Below are positions 37,150-49,239 of a stretch of 64,000 nucleotides of DNA, one piece after another (position 1 is the first letter of the stretch; every line of letters starts with the position of its first letter). The notes under the pieces were generated by a model. The model made no database searches. It was not told where the DNA came from and worked only from the letters and a program-made list of their open reading frames with translations. The position numbers and the translations under genes are program-made. This stretch comes from Albugo candida (lineage: Eukaryota), in assembly GCA_040437565.1 (NCBI GenBank), contig JBDOQK010000046.1:124001-188000 (forward strand). The letters are read 5' to 3'.

Positions 37150-39291
37150 CTAGCTATTCTGTAGTTCGCGTTCTAACTCGAATACAAATTCACTGACATT
37201 GACAGTCACTGGATCCGTACTTAACGGTAAAACGTTCATGTTACACGTTTCAAATCGGCGCCACATATCAAACCCGCGAAGTAAATGTTCCATTTCTTTC
37301 AATAAATGCTTCTTGACCGTTCCTTCCTTATTATCCTGATTCCCAACAGTGATGTTGACAATGGGCGGTGTTGTTCCATTCTGACGACTATCGGGCGACC
37401 GTCCTGGAGTGAAGAGATCGCTGTATAAGGCAAAGAGCTTTAGATGCTGCAACCGATAAATGGTGAGATGTACAATTGATGCCATCTTATATCCGATTGC
37501 CATCATCCGAACATCCGCGGCACTCTTAAAAGTTCGAATCGTACTTTCTATCAGCGCACACGTTTGCGATAGCGTAGTAATGCAGTACTCCCCATAAGTG
37601 CGAGCTTGTTGTGGGTCATTCTGTGCGCGAAATGTTGCTTTAATTTGTGCAAGTTTGAGTGCATGTTGAAAGAATTTGACGGCAGAGCGGAGATACAGCA
37701 CTCCTTGTGCGACTTGACGACGAGAGTCCGAGTTGACGCCGCCTTGACGATTCCCTTCATGTTTCAGTTTTCGCGCTTGTTCGTTTAATTCCGCTGCTTC
37801 TTTTCGGAGCTTTTCGAAATCCGGGTCGGGTTGGAACTCAATTAGGAATGATGCAACGGGTCGTGCAACTTTTTGTGTCGTGTGTGTGTCTTCCTGCACG
37901 TGCTCCAGTTTCCGCTTGCAGTTATTAAACGTATGTTTGGTGTCTTTTTCACCAGATTGTGTGTTTGTTTTATCCGTTGTATCGGAAATGAGCTCTGTTT
38001 TGGTCCTCGTCGAAGCTGATTCTCGATCTTTATCAGCTGTTTGTGCATTTGTAGTGTGGTTTTTACTTAAAACGGATTCCTTCTTGATCCGCGTCGACGA
38101 CGCAGATTTCGCGTCTTTTTCAGCTAATTCAGTATTTTTTTTAGGGTTTGTATCGAAAACGGGCTCCTTTTTGGTCTTCGTCGGAGCTAATTTTGGTTCT
38201 TTATCAGCTGTTTGCTGATTTGTTTTGTGGTTCGTATCGAAAACGGGTTGTTTTTTAGTCTTCGTAGACCCGAGTTTGGAGTCTTTCTCAGCTAGTTGGG
38301 TATTTTTCTTCGTATTTGTATCGGAAACGGGCTCCTTTTTGACACTTGATGTTCTTCTGGATGCTGATAACCCATTTTTTCTCTTTTCTACTGGCTGCTG
38401 GTTTTCATTGCATTTCCTATCACTCTTTTCTACTCCATTAGTAGACCCTGTCGACGTATTGCTTGTTCGTTTTTTGCTTGTTTCCACTTTACGTACTTCG
38501 TCTTTACCTTCGGCTACCTTCGTTTCGTTTTCACTTTGCTTTTTTTCCACACGTTTCTTCTTTTTCTGCTTTTTACCCGTTTTGTCTCGTTTTTGTGTCT
38601 CCTTTATAGCCATCTTTTTACATTGTTCATCGGGTTTCCATTGAACCCGTTCCACATGACCCAATTCCAACCGCTTTCGAAACTCATCGTGTCGCTGCGA
38701 ACTTAATATCTCCATTTCAGTATCACACCGTACGCTCAATAAACAATCAAAAATATAAGTTGACATTTGCTTTAAGTACGTCGTATCCGGTCGATGTCTC
38801 TTTCTGACGCGATGAGCTTTGATGGGATACGAGGCAACTTTCACTTCCTTCATCGCATCAGCTTTCTTCTCCTCTTCCTTATCTTCGCCATCTTCTTCCG
38901 ATTCCATTGAGACGTCTCTATCTTCTTCGATACTTTGATCATCTTCGCCTTCGGAACTGATGGAAGCATAACTCTCGGAATCGCTATTTCCTGGAGCCGT
39001 AAGCCTAGATTCCTTGCCTTTAGAAATGACTGGAAATCGTAGTTGTTTCCCTCTACCTCCCGCTGATGGAAGCACTTCCATTGCGACAGTCTGTAAGTCG
39101 AGGTCTGAATCGTCTTTCATCAAACTGTCGTCCGATGTATCAGAGGAAAGCGGCGAATTAGCACTCTCCATGCCGTTTTCCACTCGTACAGTCGAATCAG
39201 CTTGTCCTCTTTGATGCAAGGCAGCTTCTTTCGATGAGATACTGCGATTCGGCGCATTCTTTTTGTACGACACAAACTGTTTTCGAGCCAT
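37150..39291 (-). CDS. Lys-rich repeat protein with a C-terminal helical domain resembling AF4/FMR2 CHD or plant CW-zinc-finger THD
   Basis: 713-aa ORF; EQARKLKHEGNR...LYLRSAVKFFQHA; domain call from recalled motif resemblance only. Confidence 0.7.
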   Translation of the reverse strand: MARKQFVSYKKNAPNRSISSKEAALHQRGQADSTVRVENGMESANSPLSSDTSDDSLMKDDSDLDLQTVAMEVLPSAGGRGKQLRFPVISKGKESRLTAPGNSDSESYASISSEGEDDQSIEEDRDVSMESEEDGEDKEEEKKADAMKEVKVASYPIKAHRVRKRHRPDTTYLKQMSTYIFDCLLSVRCDTEMEILSSQRHDEFRKRLELGHVERVQWKPDEQCKKMAIKETQKRDKTGKKQKKKKRVEKKQSENETKVAEGKDEVRKVETSKKRTSNTSTGSTNGVEKSDRKCNENQQPVEKRKNGLSASRRTSSVKKEPVSDTNTKKNTQLAEKDSKLGSTKTKKQPVFDTNHKTNQQTADKEPKLAPTKTKKEPVFDTNPKKNTELAEKDAKSASSTRIKKESVLSKNHTTNAQTADKDRESASTRTKTELISDTTDKTNTQSGEKDTKHTFNNCKRKLEHVQEDTHTTQKVARPVASFLIEFQPDPDFEKLRKEAAELNEQARKLKHEGNRQGGVNSDSRRQVAQGVLYLRSAVKFFQHALKLAQIKATFRAQNDPQQARTYGEYCITTLSQTCALIESTIRTFKSAADVRMMAIGYKMASIVHLTIYRLQHLKLFALYSDLFTPGRSPDSRQNGTTPPIVNITVGNQDNKEGTVKKHLLKEMEHLLRGFDMWRRFETCNMNVLPLSTDPVTVNVSEFVFELERELQNS
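37935..38340 (-). repeat. Coding tandem repeat, ~5 x 28 aa (~84 bp)
   Basis: KKEPVSDTN.. / KKQPVFDTN.. / KKEPVFDTN.. / KKESVLSKN.. / KTELISDTT.. Confidence 0.85.
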
Positions 39292-39744
39292 GAACGCGAT
39301 CGTTTATGAATCGAAATCAGAAGTGATGAGTACTTTTGCAATTCTTATATTTAGATTGCCGCAGAACGTAAGACAAGATGGAATACTTGCACAGATGTGC
39401 AATTTAAGGAAACCTGCGCGGTGAAACCGTTACGACGTCACTCCAACGTTTCTCCGATGCTGAATGACGGTACAATGAGTTTTAAACTAAAGTCTGCGCG
39501 CCATCATTATAATCAGCGTAAAGGATGCAATATGATTCGGTACACATTCGTGTAACATTATGCAACCCACCTTCCGCGAACCAATCGACGTGTGATGGAT
39601 ATTGTGACTACTTCGAATTTCCACGCAACGCTACTTCAACGTACGTTTTCCACAATACTCGATCAACACTCATCAACTCCAATAGAAAAACTCATAGTCG
39701 TCTTTTTATCAAATCATCAGCTTCGTCAATGCAGTTGGCCCTTA

Positions 39745-40964
39745 TTAAAGTAAGCATTTCTTCCACTTAGCGGTCACTTGATTCTCATCTTTCCTTTGCA
39801 GACTCCTTTTATACGCTTCCGAACGATTAAATGACTCCAACCAAGCCGAAATCTTCTCTATTGTTGTTGAAAAAGATGGTGTGACTATCTTTATGGACCC
39901 CAGCGGTATCGAATTGTTCAAAATTGCTGTGAGTCGCGCGATTTGCAAGTCGTTGAGTATTTGCTGAGAATTTCTGTAGGAATTGGAGCCTTTGCTCACA
40001 ATCGCACCCGATATGTGGTGTGCTGTCCAGGTACGTCGGTCGATGAGACTGTGTTCGTTCGGCTAAAAGTATCTTCAGATTCATTTGGGACCGCTTGTGG
40101 CTGAATTTCCTGGAATTGTGAGGTGATACGCGGAGATTGCATGTTCCAATACAAAATCTGATAGAATTCCAGTTTTCTATCCAAATTACTAGCGGAAGAT
40201 GATATCAGCATTCTCAATTTGAGCACTTTCGATACGGATATCATTTTCGTGCGCGTACGTTCTCCAATTGTTTCAAAAACGATGGCTGATGACATATTGT
40301 CTCAAGGAAACCAATTTAGAGGTCGCCATCTCGTGTCTGAAGTCTAAATTGTCGCGAGGATTCCACGGCTTGAAGGAGGTGAACGCTTACAGCTGTATCA
40401 CGATCGTCTTTGACATGTATATCGATGTAGGCCAAAGAAGCTGAACGAGATCTCGTGTTTGATTTTGCATGTAATTCCCATCTCGTCGGTCAGCGTATTC
40501 ATTCTCCATCCAAAATCGTAGCTCATGATCAGTATCTTGTGGGTATGTTTGTAATTACATGAATGTCCCGTATGCTTTGTGTAATTCCTTCATAGTATTC
40601 CCAGAATCATTTGTTCTCGTGCGATTACGCAAAGAAAGCATCCGAAGTTGTGCATTTGGGCTGACACAAATGGTGTTGATGTCTCCTTGCGACCCGCAAT
40701 CTCCGTCCATTTCGTTTTGGTGTTACTGCGAGACAGCAGAGGAAATCAGTTTGGTTGTCGATGAGGTNNNNNNNNNNNNNNNNNNNNNNNNNNNNNNNNN
40801 NNNNNNNNNNNNNNNNNNNNNNNNNNNNNNNNNNNNNNNNNNNNNNNNNNNNNNNNNNNNNNNNNNNTTCTCGTGCGATTACGCAAAGAAAGCATCCGAA
40901 GTTGTGCATTTGGGCTGACACAAATGGTGTTGATGTCTCCTTGCGACCCGCAATCTCCGTCCAT
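39745..40964 (-). CDS. Possible multi-exon hypothetical gene
   Basis: Chain of short minus-strand ORFs in an otherwise empty 1.5 kb of the dense block; no motif, exon structure unresolved. Confidence 0.25.
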
Positions 40965-41182
40965 TTCGTTTTGGTGTTACTGCGAGACAGCAGAGGAAAT
41001 CAGTTTGGTTGTCGATGAGGTACGAAGTCGTCAGCGGATTCTTTCATTGACTTACTTGAGTACCACAGCGATCTTTACTATCCTTCCCACAAGACGCGGT
41101 CGTGGTTGCTCCTGATCGTTGGCGAGCAATCAAATTGTGTGGTCGTTTATACGGATTTGATGAGACTGGTGTTGTGGCTGCC

Positions 41183-43445
41183 ATGTCGGGATTGGATTCA
41201 CAGACACAGGTGCTCAACTTTAGCTCTTTCGGTTCCAATGTTACAATGGTTCTGAGTGAGGCGCTGGATGTCTCGTTGGAAGCTCTCCGTCGTAGTTTAT
41301 CTATTTCCAGGGTCCAATTCTTATAGCGAGTCGTTGACGTGATCGATAGTTTTGGAGCCAGCAATGTTGACCGGTCGCAATTTGCACCGGAAAAGTAAAT
41401 ATAATCGAGTTTTGTTGAGTCGACGCCCATGTTTGAGATGGAATCGAAAGCATACGGCACATGGATCCAACTGATTCGTAACACGGTGGAAGAGAGCGAT
41501 GTACGTTGACGCATCGGCGTCTATTCTTTGATTGTGACGTGTGAGCTCAGAACCAAATACTACGCGTGAATGGAGCACTGTCCACTTTCCAGGATGGGCT
41601 TGTCGGTATTGAGCGAGAGATGCTTCCGATCTATCAGCTCACTGAGAAGCTGCGCATCACACAGCGAAATATCGATCTCTGTATCGAAGAGCTTGATCGC
41701 GTACGTCGAGATTTCCGCGCGAGTCATGAGGTAGTGTTTTTTCCAGTTTGCTACTTTCACATCTCAAGAGCGTCTGGTTTTCAGCTGATGCCAGTACTGC
41801 TTCATGCAAGTAAATACGATCAGCAGGCGTATAAAGCAGCTTTAGAACGGCTTTTGGGAGCCATTACGTTTTTGGAATCGCATAAAAGCTATGAAGGATC
41901 CGGTAAGGCGTTGGACCACTCCAAAGAAGTTCTTTTCCAAGTCAAAAAAATCGCAAAATCAGGTTTTCTGAGTGCTGTCAGCGTCACTTGCAAAGCCGAT
42001 TGTGACGACATAACACTAAAGTATCGGAATGTGCAGCCTGAAAGCCTGAAGGCTCAACAATGGCTGAGCTGTCTCGAATTGTGCCAAGCAGATCGCACCC
42101 AAATCCAAAGCGATTACGCACAGCAACGTCTTCAGCTACTTCGTATGCACTTTTCATGGATAACAGAAGGAAATCCCGCTCCCGATTTCACATCGAAAAT
42201 GCCTGAAATCCTGAACGATGTGAAAAAAACCATTCTACAAGAGAAATCGCTTCTTGCATCCATTTTCACTGAGGAAACGATCGCTCATTCTGTTTTCTGT
42301 ACAACCATTTCGCCTATTCTGACTCAATTGAAAGCACATTTGGACAATTGGCTGCGAGTATCCATCAAGTCGAATTGTTTCCATCTCTTACTCGTTCACA
42401 AAATTGTGCAAAGCTCCACAAAAGAATTTGACTCGATTCTTCAACCCCCTCTGCTATTACGCAGCCACAAAGGCACAGGCTTCCAGGACCCTCGTCATCT
42501 CTCAGACTTGATGCATGCGATCTTGAACGATCTCACAGTATCCACAAAAGAGCGTTTATTCACCACACAGCTGGAAATCACTGATCCCATTGCGTCGCCT
42601 CATTCCATGCCGAATGACGGGAATGTCCATGCAGCCTCCAGTCTCGTACGTGTTTTTCTACCGCTTGAGCCATCACTTCAAATCAATTTGATGCGTAGAT
42701 GCTCCAATACATTCGAAAGCTTTTTGATCATCATTCAGCCCTTGATGCATTATTATCCAATGAGGGCTCTGCAGAGTATGTGGAGAGTGCTGTAATGCAA
42801 TTGGTCGAAGCGCTTTCCAGTGCGAAAACGCGAGCGGATCGCAAACAAATTTTTCTGATCAATAATTTCGGATTTATCAAAAAGAACTTGGAAATTACAA
42901 ATATAGACAATGCTGGGATTGGAAGTCGAATGAAAATTGAGATACTTCCGCGCTTGGAGGAGCTGCGTAAACAGAGTATGATGGAATACAATCGATTGTT
43001 TGTGCATGTTTTGGCGCAGAGCGCGGAGGAGGTACCGGAAAAACTGATTTATTTGAAAAATGGAAGTACTTTGGCGCGGGAAAGCGGCCGCTTACTGAAA
43101 GAGAAATTTTCGGTGTGTGCAATAAACGGAAAACGTAAAGTGACTGAGATGAGTTGTGGATAGAAATTCAATTTGCAATTAGAAGAGTTGAAAGCGCATC
43201 GGCAATTCACATTGGAGCCAAGTATACGTCATTCTATGATACAAAACGCTTTGGATACGGTGGTTCCTGCGTATACTCGTTTTTATGAAAAGTAGGTGAT
43301 GTGTTACAACTATTGATGGGATGCATGTCATGAATGGATATGTAGGTATTCGGTGATACAATTCTCTAAAAAACATGCCAGCAAGTACCTACAATACACA
43401 CCTGTCGCCGTGGAAACGTTGCTCAAGGAATTATTTCGTGGCTAA
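41183..43445 (+). CDS. EXO70: Exocyst complex subunit Exo70, multi-exon
   Basis: IEREMLPI, PNDGNVH, IFLINNF, LLKEKF, VVPAYTRFY, KYLQYTP; first exon inferred through intron 41312-41550. Confidence 0.88.
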
Positions 43446-43543
43446 ACCGCATATAATTAATACGATTGAACGAAATATACAATTTACATGTATACTCTAA
43501 TGCAGACGAGTACACGTATACTACACTTAAAGTCAGCATCATC

Positions 43544-44763
43544 ATGAGTGGCTCCAGATTGCCGATAAATCGCAAGATCGAAGCGCTTGTAGAAACAGCA
43601 GGCTGTTGCAGCAATAAGCTAGCAGATGATCCCGATCAAATCGTATGCGATGATGAATGGACTTTAGAGCGTGAAGACCTCGCAAAAGCACATTTAAGCA
43701 AAGACAAATCGATCATTCCATCCTTTTGGCAACGTACTTGCACAACACATACTCCTCCTCATCCTATTAACTCTANNNNNNNNNNNNNNNNNNNNNNNNN
43801 NNNNNNNNNNNNNNNNNNNNNNNNNNNNNNNNNNNNNNNNNNNNNNNNNNNNNNNNNNNNNNNNNNNNNNNNNNNCTATTAATCAGAAAAATACGAAAAG
43901 GAAGCCTCTAAAAACTGGGATAAATTCTACAAGCGCAATGCGACCAATTTCTACAAAGACAGGCAGATTTCCAGCGCTTTCCATACAAATTCCGCATTGA
44001 AACCATTTTGTCCGTAGACATTACCTCGATATTGTGTTTCCAGAACTCAAGGCTCAAAGCGATCAAGTAGGCCTCTACTCTCCCCACCTTCTCAACTGAT
44101 CCATTCCCATGCAAGCCTCGCTACCTTTTGGAAATCGGATGCGGCGTGGGGAACGCAGCACTTCCGCTTTTGGAATCCAATACAAATTTGCATATCATCG
44201 CTGTGGATTTCGCACCGACTGCTATTGAGCTATTCAAGGTACCATTTTCCTCGATTCCCTCACTTCCTCATGATTGTGAGTGACAGAAACAATCGCATTT
44301 TGAGGAAACGCGATGCACTTTATCGCTTTGTGATGTGACCAAAGACGATTTAGCACCGCTACTGCCTTCAGTATGCATTGGAGTCGATTATGCGCTGGTT
44401 CTCTTTTGCCTTTCGGGCATCCATCCCTCCAAAATGGACGCTGTGGCTCGCAATATTTTCAATGCAACTCGACCTGAGGGAAAATTATTTCTTCGCGATT
44501 ACGGACGATACGATCAAGCTCAGCTCCGATTTAAAGCAGGACACAAATTGGAAGAGAATTTCTACGCTCGAGGAGATAACACACGAGCGTACTACTTCAC
44601 CACCGACGAGATCAAGCGTATTTTTGAACAAGCTGGATTCCACCAAGTGGAAAACAAATACATTCGAAGACAATATATCAACCGAAAGCAACATATCGTC
44701 CGATATCGCGTTTGGGTGCACGCAGTTTTCCAAAAACCACCAATACACTCCAACTTACAATAG
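43544..44763 (+). CDS. METTL6: tRNA m3C methyltransferase (METTL2/6 family), multi-exon
   Basis: NWDKFYKRNATNFYKDR, LEIGCGVGN, VDFAPTAI, RDYGRYDQAQLRF. Confidence 0.9.
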
Positions 44764-44817
44764 CAACGAAAGATTTGTGGCTGCCTCCATGCACAATGTA
44801 CAATACACTCTTCCCGC

Positions 44818-46902
44818 TTACAATCGAAGCTGTAAGAAGACGCGCTTCAGCATTCTCGCCTGCAAATTCTCATTCGTAAATACGAATTCTCAACGTAAAG
44901 ACTCCAAATACCTCAAAGCTTATCGTATGGGAACGAGAGTTCTCATTCTGATGCATTTCCGCTTCCGTCGACGCGCGTATCTGCTTCCCATGCACATCCA
45001 CATGATCAAAGAACTCGAGAATCTCATCAATCGTCGAATCTCGGATCGTTGTCATCTGTTTGGCTAATGTCAACGCAAGCCCAAGAAAACAGCGTTTCGC
45101 GTAGAACCACGTATCCGCTCCAAGTTTTCGGTGGTACGGCTCCATGCTTTTCATCACGCGACATATTCCAAAGTCGTAATTGTTCTACAGCATGCCCACT
45201 CAGCGTACATTCATTCAAGAGAGAAACATCAGACCTTGGAGCAGTACAAAGTCCCAATAACCAAATTCACAATACAAAGATGAAACAATTGTTTCTGTGG
45301 ATCGCGTACGGACTCTTCTTCCTCCTCGCGTTCCAATGATCGAAGAAGCTCTTCGGCTTTCTCATTATCCGTATTCATCACATAGCAAACACACAAATTG
45401 GCCAACACGATCGCCTGCACCTGAAGCAAATTCTGTTGGTTTTTCTTCACAAAAGGCTCGTAATATTGGATCGCTTGCTCGTATTTATTTCCCTGGAGGA
45501 AGAAGACATGGGCCACATTCAATTTCCACGCTTCGTGTTCCGAACAAAACTCGGCAGTTTGTCGGAATATCTTCTCGACTTGGGTGTAATTCCCGCGTTC
45601 CCAATAGATATGCACCTGCGCCATCAGAACTGGAATGAATTCCTCGAGGACGTCATCGTACGCTTTCAACGACACTTTGATCTCGTCATTGTTTTGCGCT
45701 ACTCTCGCGTCTTGGATCCGTTTGGTCAGTTTACGAAGTCGATCAATGTGTTTGGTAGCCAATTCGTCGTACTTGCGATACGCATCTTCAGGCGATGTCT
45801 GTAGCGTCACAGTAGCGTCCATGAAATCGTACAAATCTCTACTGAGCAATTGGAATGTCAAATGCGTGTTTTCAGCGAGAACATCGGCCATCAGATCGTG
45901 GAAGCCGTGTTTGATGTACAAAATGAGAAGATTCGAAAAAGTCTCCACGGGAAATGGCGGATTTTGAAGGAGAAAATTGAGCTTTTTGAGACCGCCATTG
46001 GGATCTACATCCATGTTCATAAGCCCGACATTATGAAGCGACACAGGATCGAGTTCTTCTTCTGAACGTGGAGGCATATCGAGCAATGCATCACGTGCGC
46101 CTTGGGCGTTTTTCATCTCATATTCGATCGCCGCTTTCAAATTAAACGCTTCGACAAGCGCACTGGAGCGTAAAATGGAGGAATTTCGCACACTTACGAC
46201 ATCGCATGTGGTGTCATTCTTACTTCCAACACTCAATTCCGGATGTTCTCGAGCTCCTTTTTCAATAATCTCTGCGATCTGACGCATCGCATTACCGAAT
46301 TGTTTCTGCTTGTAGAAACAGAGCGCCATATTATACGCAAGATCCGGCTGGTACCCGAGGATTTGTATGGCGTCATGGAATCTCATTCGAGCTTTTTCAA
46401 AGTCGCCTTCTTTGAATTCCATGGCGCCGTCAAACACCAACGTCGTTGGCTCTTGAGCGATACATTGTTCCAAAATCGAGCGTGTGGCTTTCAGATCGTT
46501 TTGTTCGTAATACACAGCCGCATGCAGTAAATGGATTCTTTGGATGTATTGCTCGCCGTCCAATTGACTCGCTTTCCGCGAAGCGGATTCATATTGTCCA
46601 GATTTGTACAGCGCTTGTGCCAGGTACATGTGGTAGTCTTGGATATCTGGGTAGCTTCTACAGAGCTGCTCGTACATTTCCACAGCCAAAGGGAATTCCT
46701 GCATATGGTAGTAGCAAAAGCCTACAAAGCGCGACATCAAAATCCAAGACCCAAGACATTGAAAAGTACCTAGCAACGAAAGCGCCGCTCGACTGTGCGC
46801 ATGCGTCTCCAATTCCATTCGGAGAATCTCTACGGCTTCAGCGTACATTTGGTCGCGGAGAAGAGTGTACACAGTGATCGTATAACTATCGCCACGTTCC
46901 AT
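44818..46902 (-). CDS. IFT70: Intraflagellar transport protein 70 (TTC30/Fleer), multi-exon
   Basis: SRAALSLLG, HPELSVG, MPPRSEEELDPVSLHN, HLCIVNLVIGTLYC, DTWFYAKRCFL; last exon ARMLKRVFLQLRL*. Confidence 0.95.
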
Positions 46903-47002
46903 TTTCAGAGAATAAAAAGACGTTTGGCGCCGACTGACCGCATTTGCGCTCGAAATAATACATTTTTGGATTCAATTACCCGACAAATTGGCTACCCACG
47001 CG

Positions 47003-48712
47003 TCATAATGCAAATACATTGGTGCTCCATCCGTGCTGATTCGGTATGAGCTCTAAAACAGAATGGAATGGAATCTCCAAATCGGCGCATTTTTCAATGG
47101 GAATTCCGAGAAAATACGAATACAGCACTTGGAGCGTGGAAATGTGCGAGACCACAAGCACCGGACCCGTATGCTGCTCGATATCGATCAGGATTGGTTC
47201 CACGCGGATCATAAGATCAAAGTACGATTCTCCGCCGGGAAATCGGGTCTTCCACGGATCTCGAAGGAATGCTTCATAAGCGTCCTATACAAACGATCGA
47301 TCAGCGGTACAAAGTCTCTGCGATACGTCTCAACGTACGGGCATTTGGTCTTGCATCTCCGACATACTCAACCCATAACACTCGCCTTTATCAAGAGGAT
47401 TCAACGTCGCTAGCTGCTCGTATCGCTCATGAGATAGAAATTGTGCGGTCTCTACCGCTCGTGGAAGTGTGGATGTCATCACCAAACACGGTTCTGTGTA
47501 CTTTGACTCCATATCCGGATTCGCATGTCGTGTCCGTTGACAGACCGCGCAAGTCGCTGTTGGCGCCATAACAGCTTGTGTTCGTTCCTCAACAAAATCG
47601 GCTAATTTCTCTGCAAAGGCGACGCCCAACGCACTCAAATTCGCCGACCGAGTGGCCACACAAGGATGTTTCGCGATCGAATGAAAGTCTGACTGCACTT
47701 CTCTGCAGTGTCCAGCACGAACGAGCCAAATGGGTCGATGCTCAATGTGGAAGCTCATCATATACGGCAGAATGGATTTAGCGACATGACCGTATCTGCA
47801 GCGAGAAATGTCAATGACACGATCTTCCGAGCGGAAAAGTACGTACATATTGTTAGCGTGGACTTTGGATTGTAAGTCGAAAAGCTTTATATAACTCAAA
47901 TTCTCTTCTTCTTCGATCGCTTGATACGCTGCCTCGTAATTCTTCATTCGCTGCTTGAGGTCTTGTATCGCATCCTCGACGTTCATACGCGCGTAATCGG
48001 GGCTTGATAAGACCTTTTCCGTCATATTCGCGTCAATCACCGCTTCGTTAGTGCATATACTTTCAATGAAAACCACGTGGACACTCAAGTCATTGGACAT
48101 TGCAAATTGATCGAATTCTTTCAATAGCATTTGACGTCGTCTTTTGGTCGTATTGGTAGCATCGAATATAGCGACATCGCCGCCTTTGCATCCGTTTGCA
48201 CCCAAAAGCCATTTCTGAGCCAATTGTAAGGATTGTTGCGCCAAATTCTCACGCGCCAAAATCGCTTTTTCATTGTGTGGATCGAAGAACGTATGGTCTT
48301 GATTATCGGTGCATACAGACCGACGTAGCTGCCCGACGTTGAATATACGGCAGCCCAAGCCTTTCCAGCAGAGAAATTTGCATAATTTCTTGGCGATGAA
48401 CGATTTCCCGCGAGCCGGAAGGCCTACCATTACGAGAACGAGCTTATCGGCTGTTTGTGTGAAGATTTTACGCTCGGAAAGCGTACGATTGAAACGTGAA
48501 TTGCTGCATTTCGGGCGTGTGGTGGTCGATGAGCTGATTACGTTTGGAGAATCGATCGCGATTTTGTGGTGTTGCAAAGAGGAAGCATTTTCGTTAGGCT
48601 CCTCTGCTCCAAGTATTGTATTTCGCGACTTATAAGCGATGGAAGGTGGAAGATTCAATTGATTTTGTGATTGATGAAGTTTAGAGGGAAGCGAGTTGTT
48701 GCAGATTGTCAT
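47003..48712 (-). CDS. PFKFB: 6-phosphofructo-2-kinase/fructose-2,6-bisphosphatase, spliced
   Basis: VGLPARGKS, FNVGQLRR, DATNTT, FIESIC, SPDY; C-terminal RFPGGESY and LVVSH. Confidence 0.93.
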
Positions 48713-48871
48713 GAGTACGTGTTTGGAAAATGGATACCACACGGAAATTGACAGTATTGCGAAAAAGTGAGCAGAATGCTTCTTGTTGGATTACTTTTTA
48801 TCCGTCTGAGAAATAGTTTCAGTGAAGAAGCTTTTATCAAATGTAAGAGGGCATCGTATTATAAGGGATAT

Positions 48872-49216
48872 GGCATGCCATCTATTCCGCGCGCTGATCT
48901 CTTCAGAAATCGAACGAATATGCGTTCTACGATCACGAATGGCTACCCACAAACACACGACACTTTACTCGCCACACAACCTTTGCATTGGTACCTTGAA
49001 CGTGACGCTATCGCGTACGACGCGGTCATAATCGATCGACGTCGTCAACACCCAGAAACTCCATTTCGGGTCGAAATTCTGATGGAAGTGAGAAATGCTC
49101 ATGTCTACGCAAAAGACGCCATCCATCACATCCATGTCACATACAATGTACGCAGACTGACGAAAACGCTGTCCTACCGCTCCAACAACCAAAAAATCGG
49201 CCAAAGCTCCAAGTAA
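48872..49216 (+). CDS. Possible small hypothetical protein
   Basis: ~114-aa ATG-led ORF filling the space between PFKFB and GCP2; no motif. Confidence 0.25.
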   Translation, partial: GMPSIPRADLFRNRTNMRSTITNGYPQTHDTLLATQPLHWYLERDAIAYDAVIIDRRRQHPETPFRVEILMEVRNAHVYAKDAIHHIHVTYNVRRLTKTLSYRSNNQKIGQSSK

Positions 49217-49239
49217 GCCTTCCGATCGATCTCGAGTCT

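Noticed and set aside
40613-41021. ~155-bp duplication
   Set aside because: Gap-flanking overlap artefact
41044-41514. 156-aa minus-strand ORF
   Set aside because: No motif and antisense to the inferred Exo70 first exon; not fully excluded
44378-45067. 229-aa plus-strand ORF
   Set aside because: Alternate frame of METTL6 and antisense to IFT70
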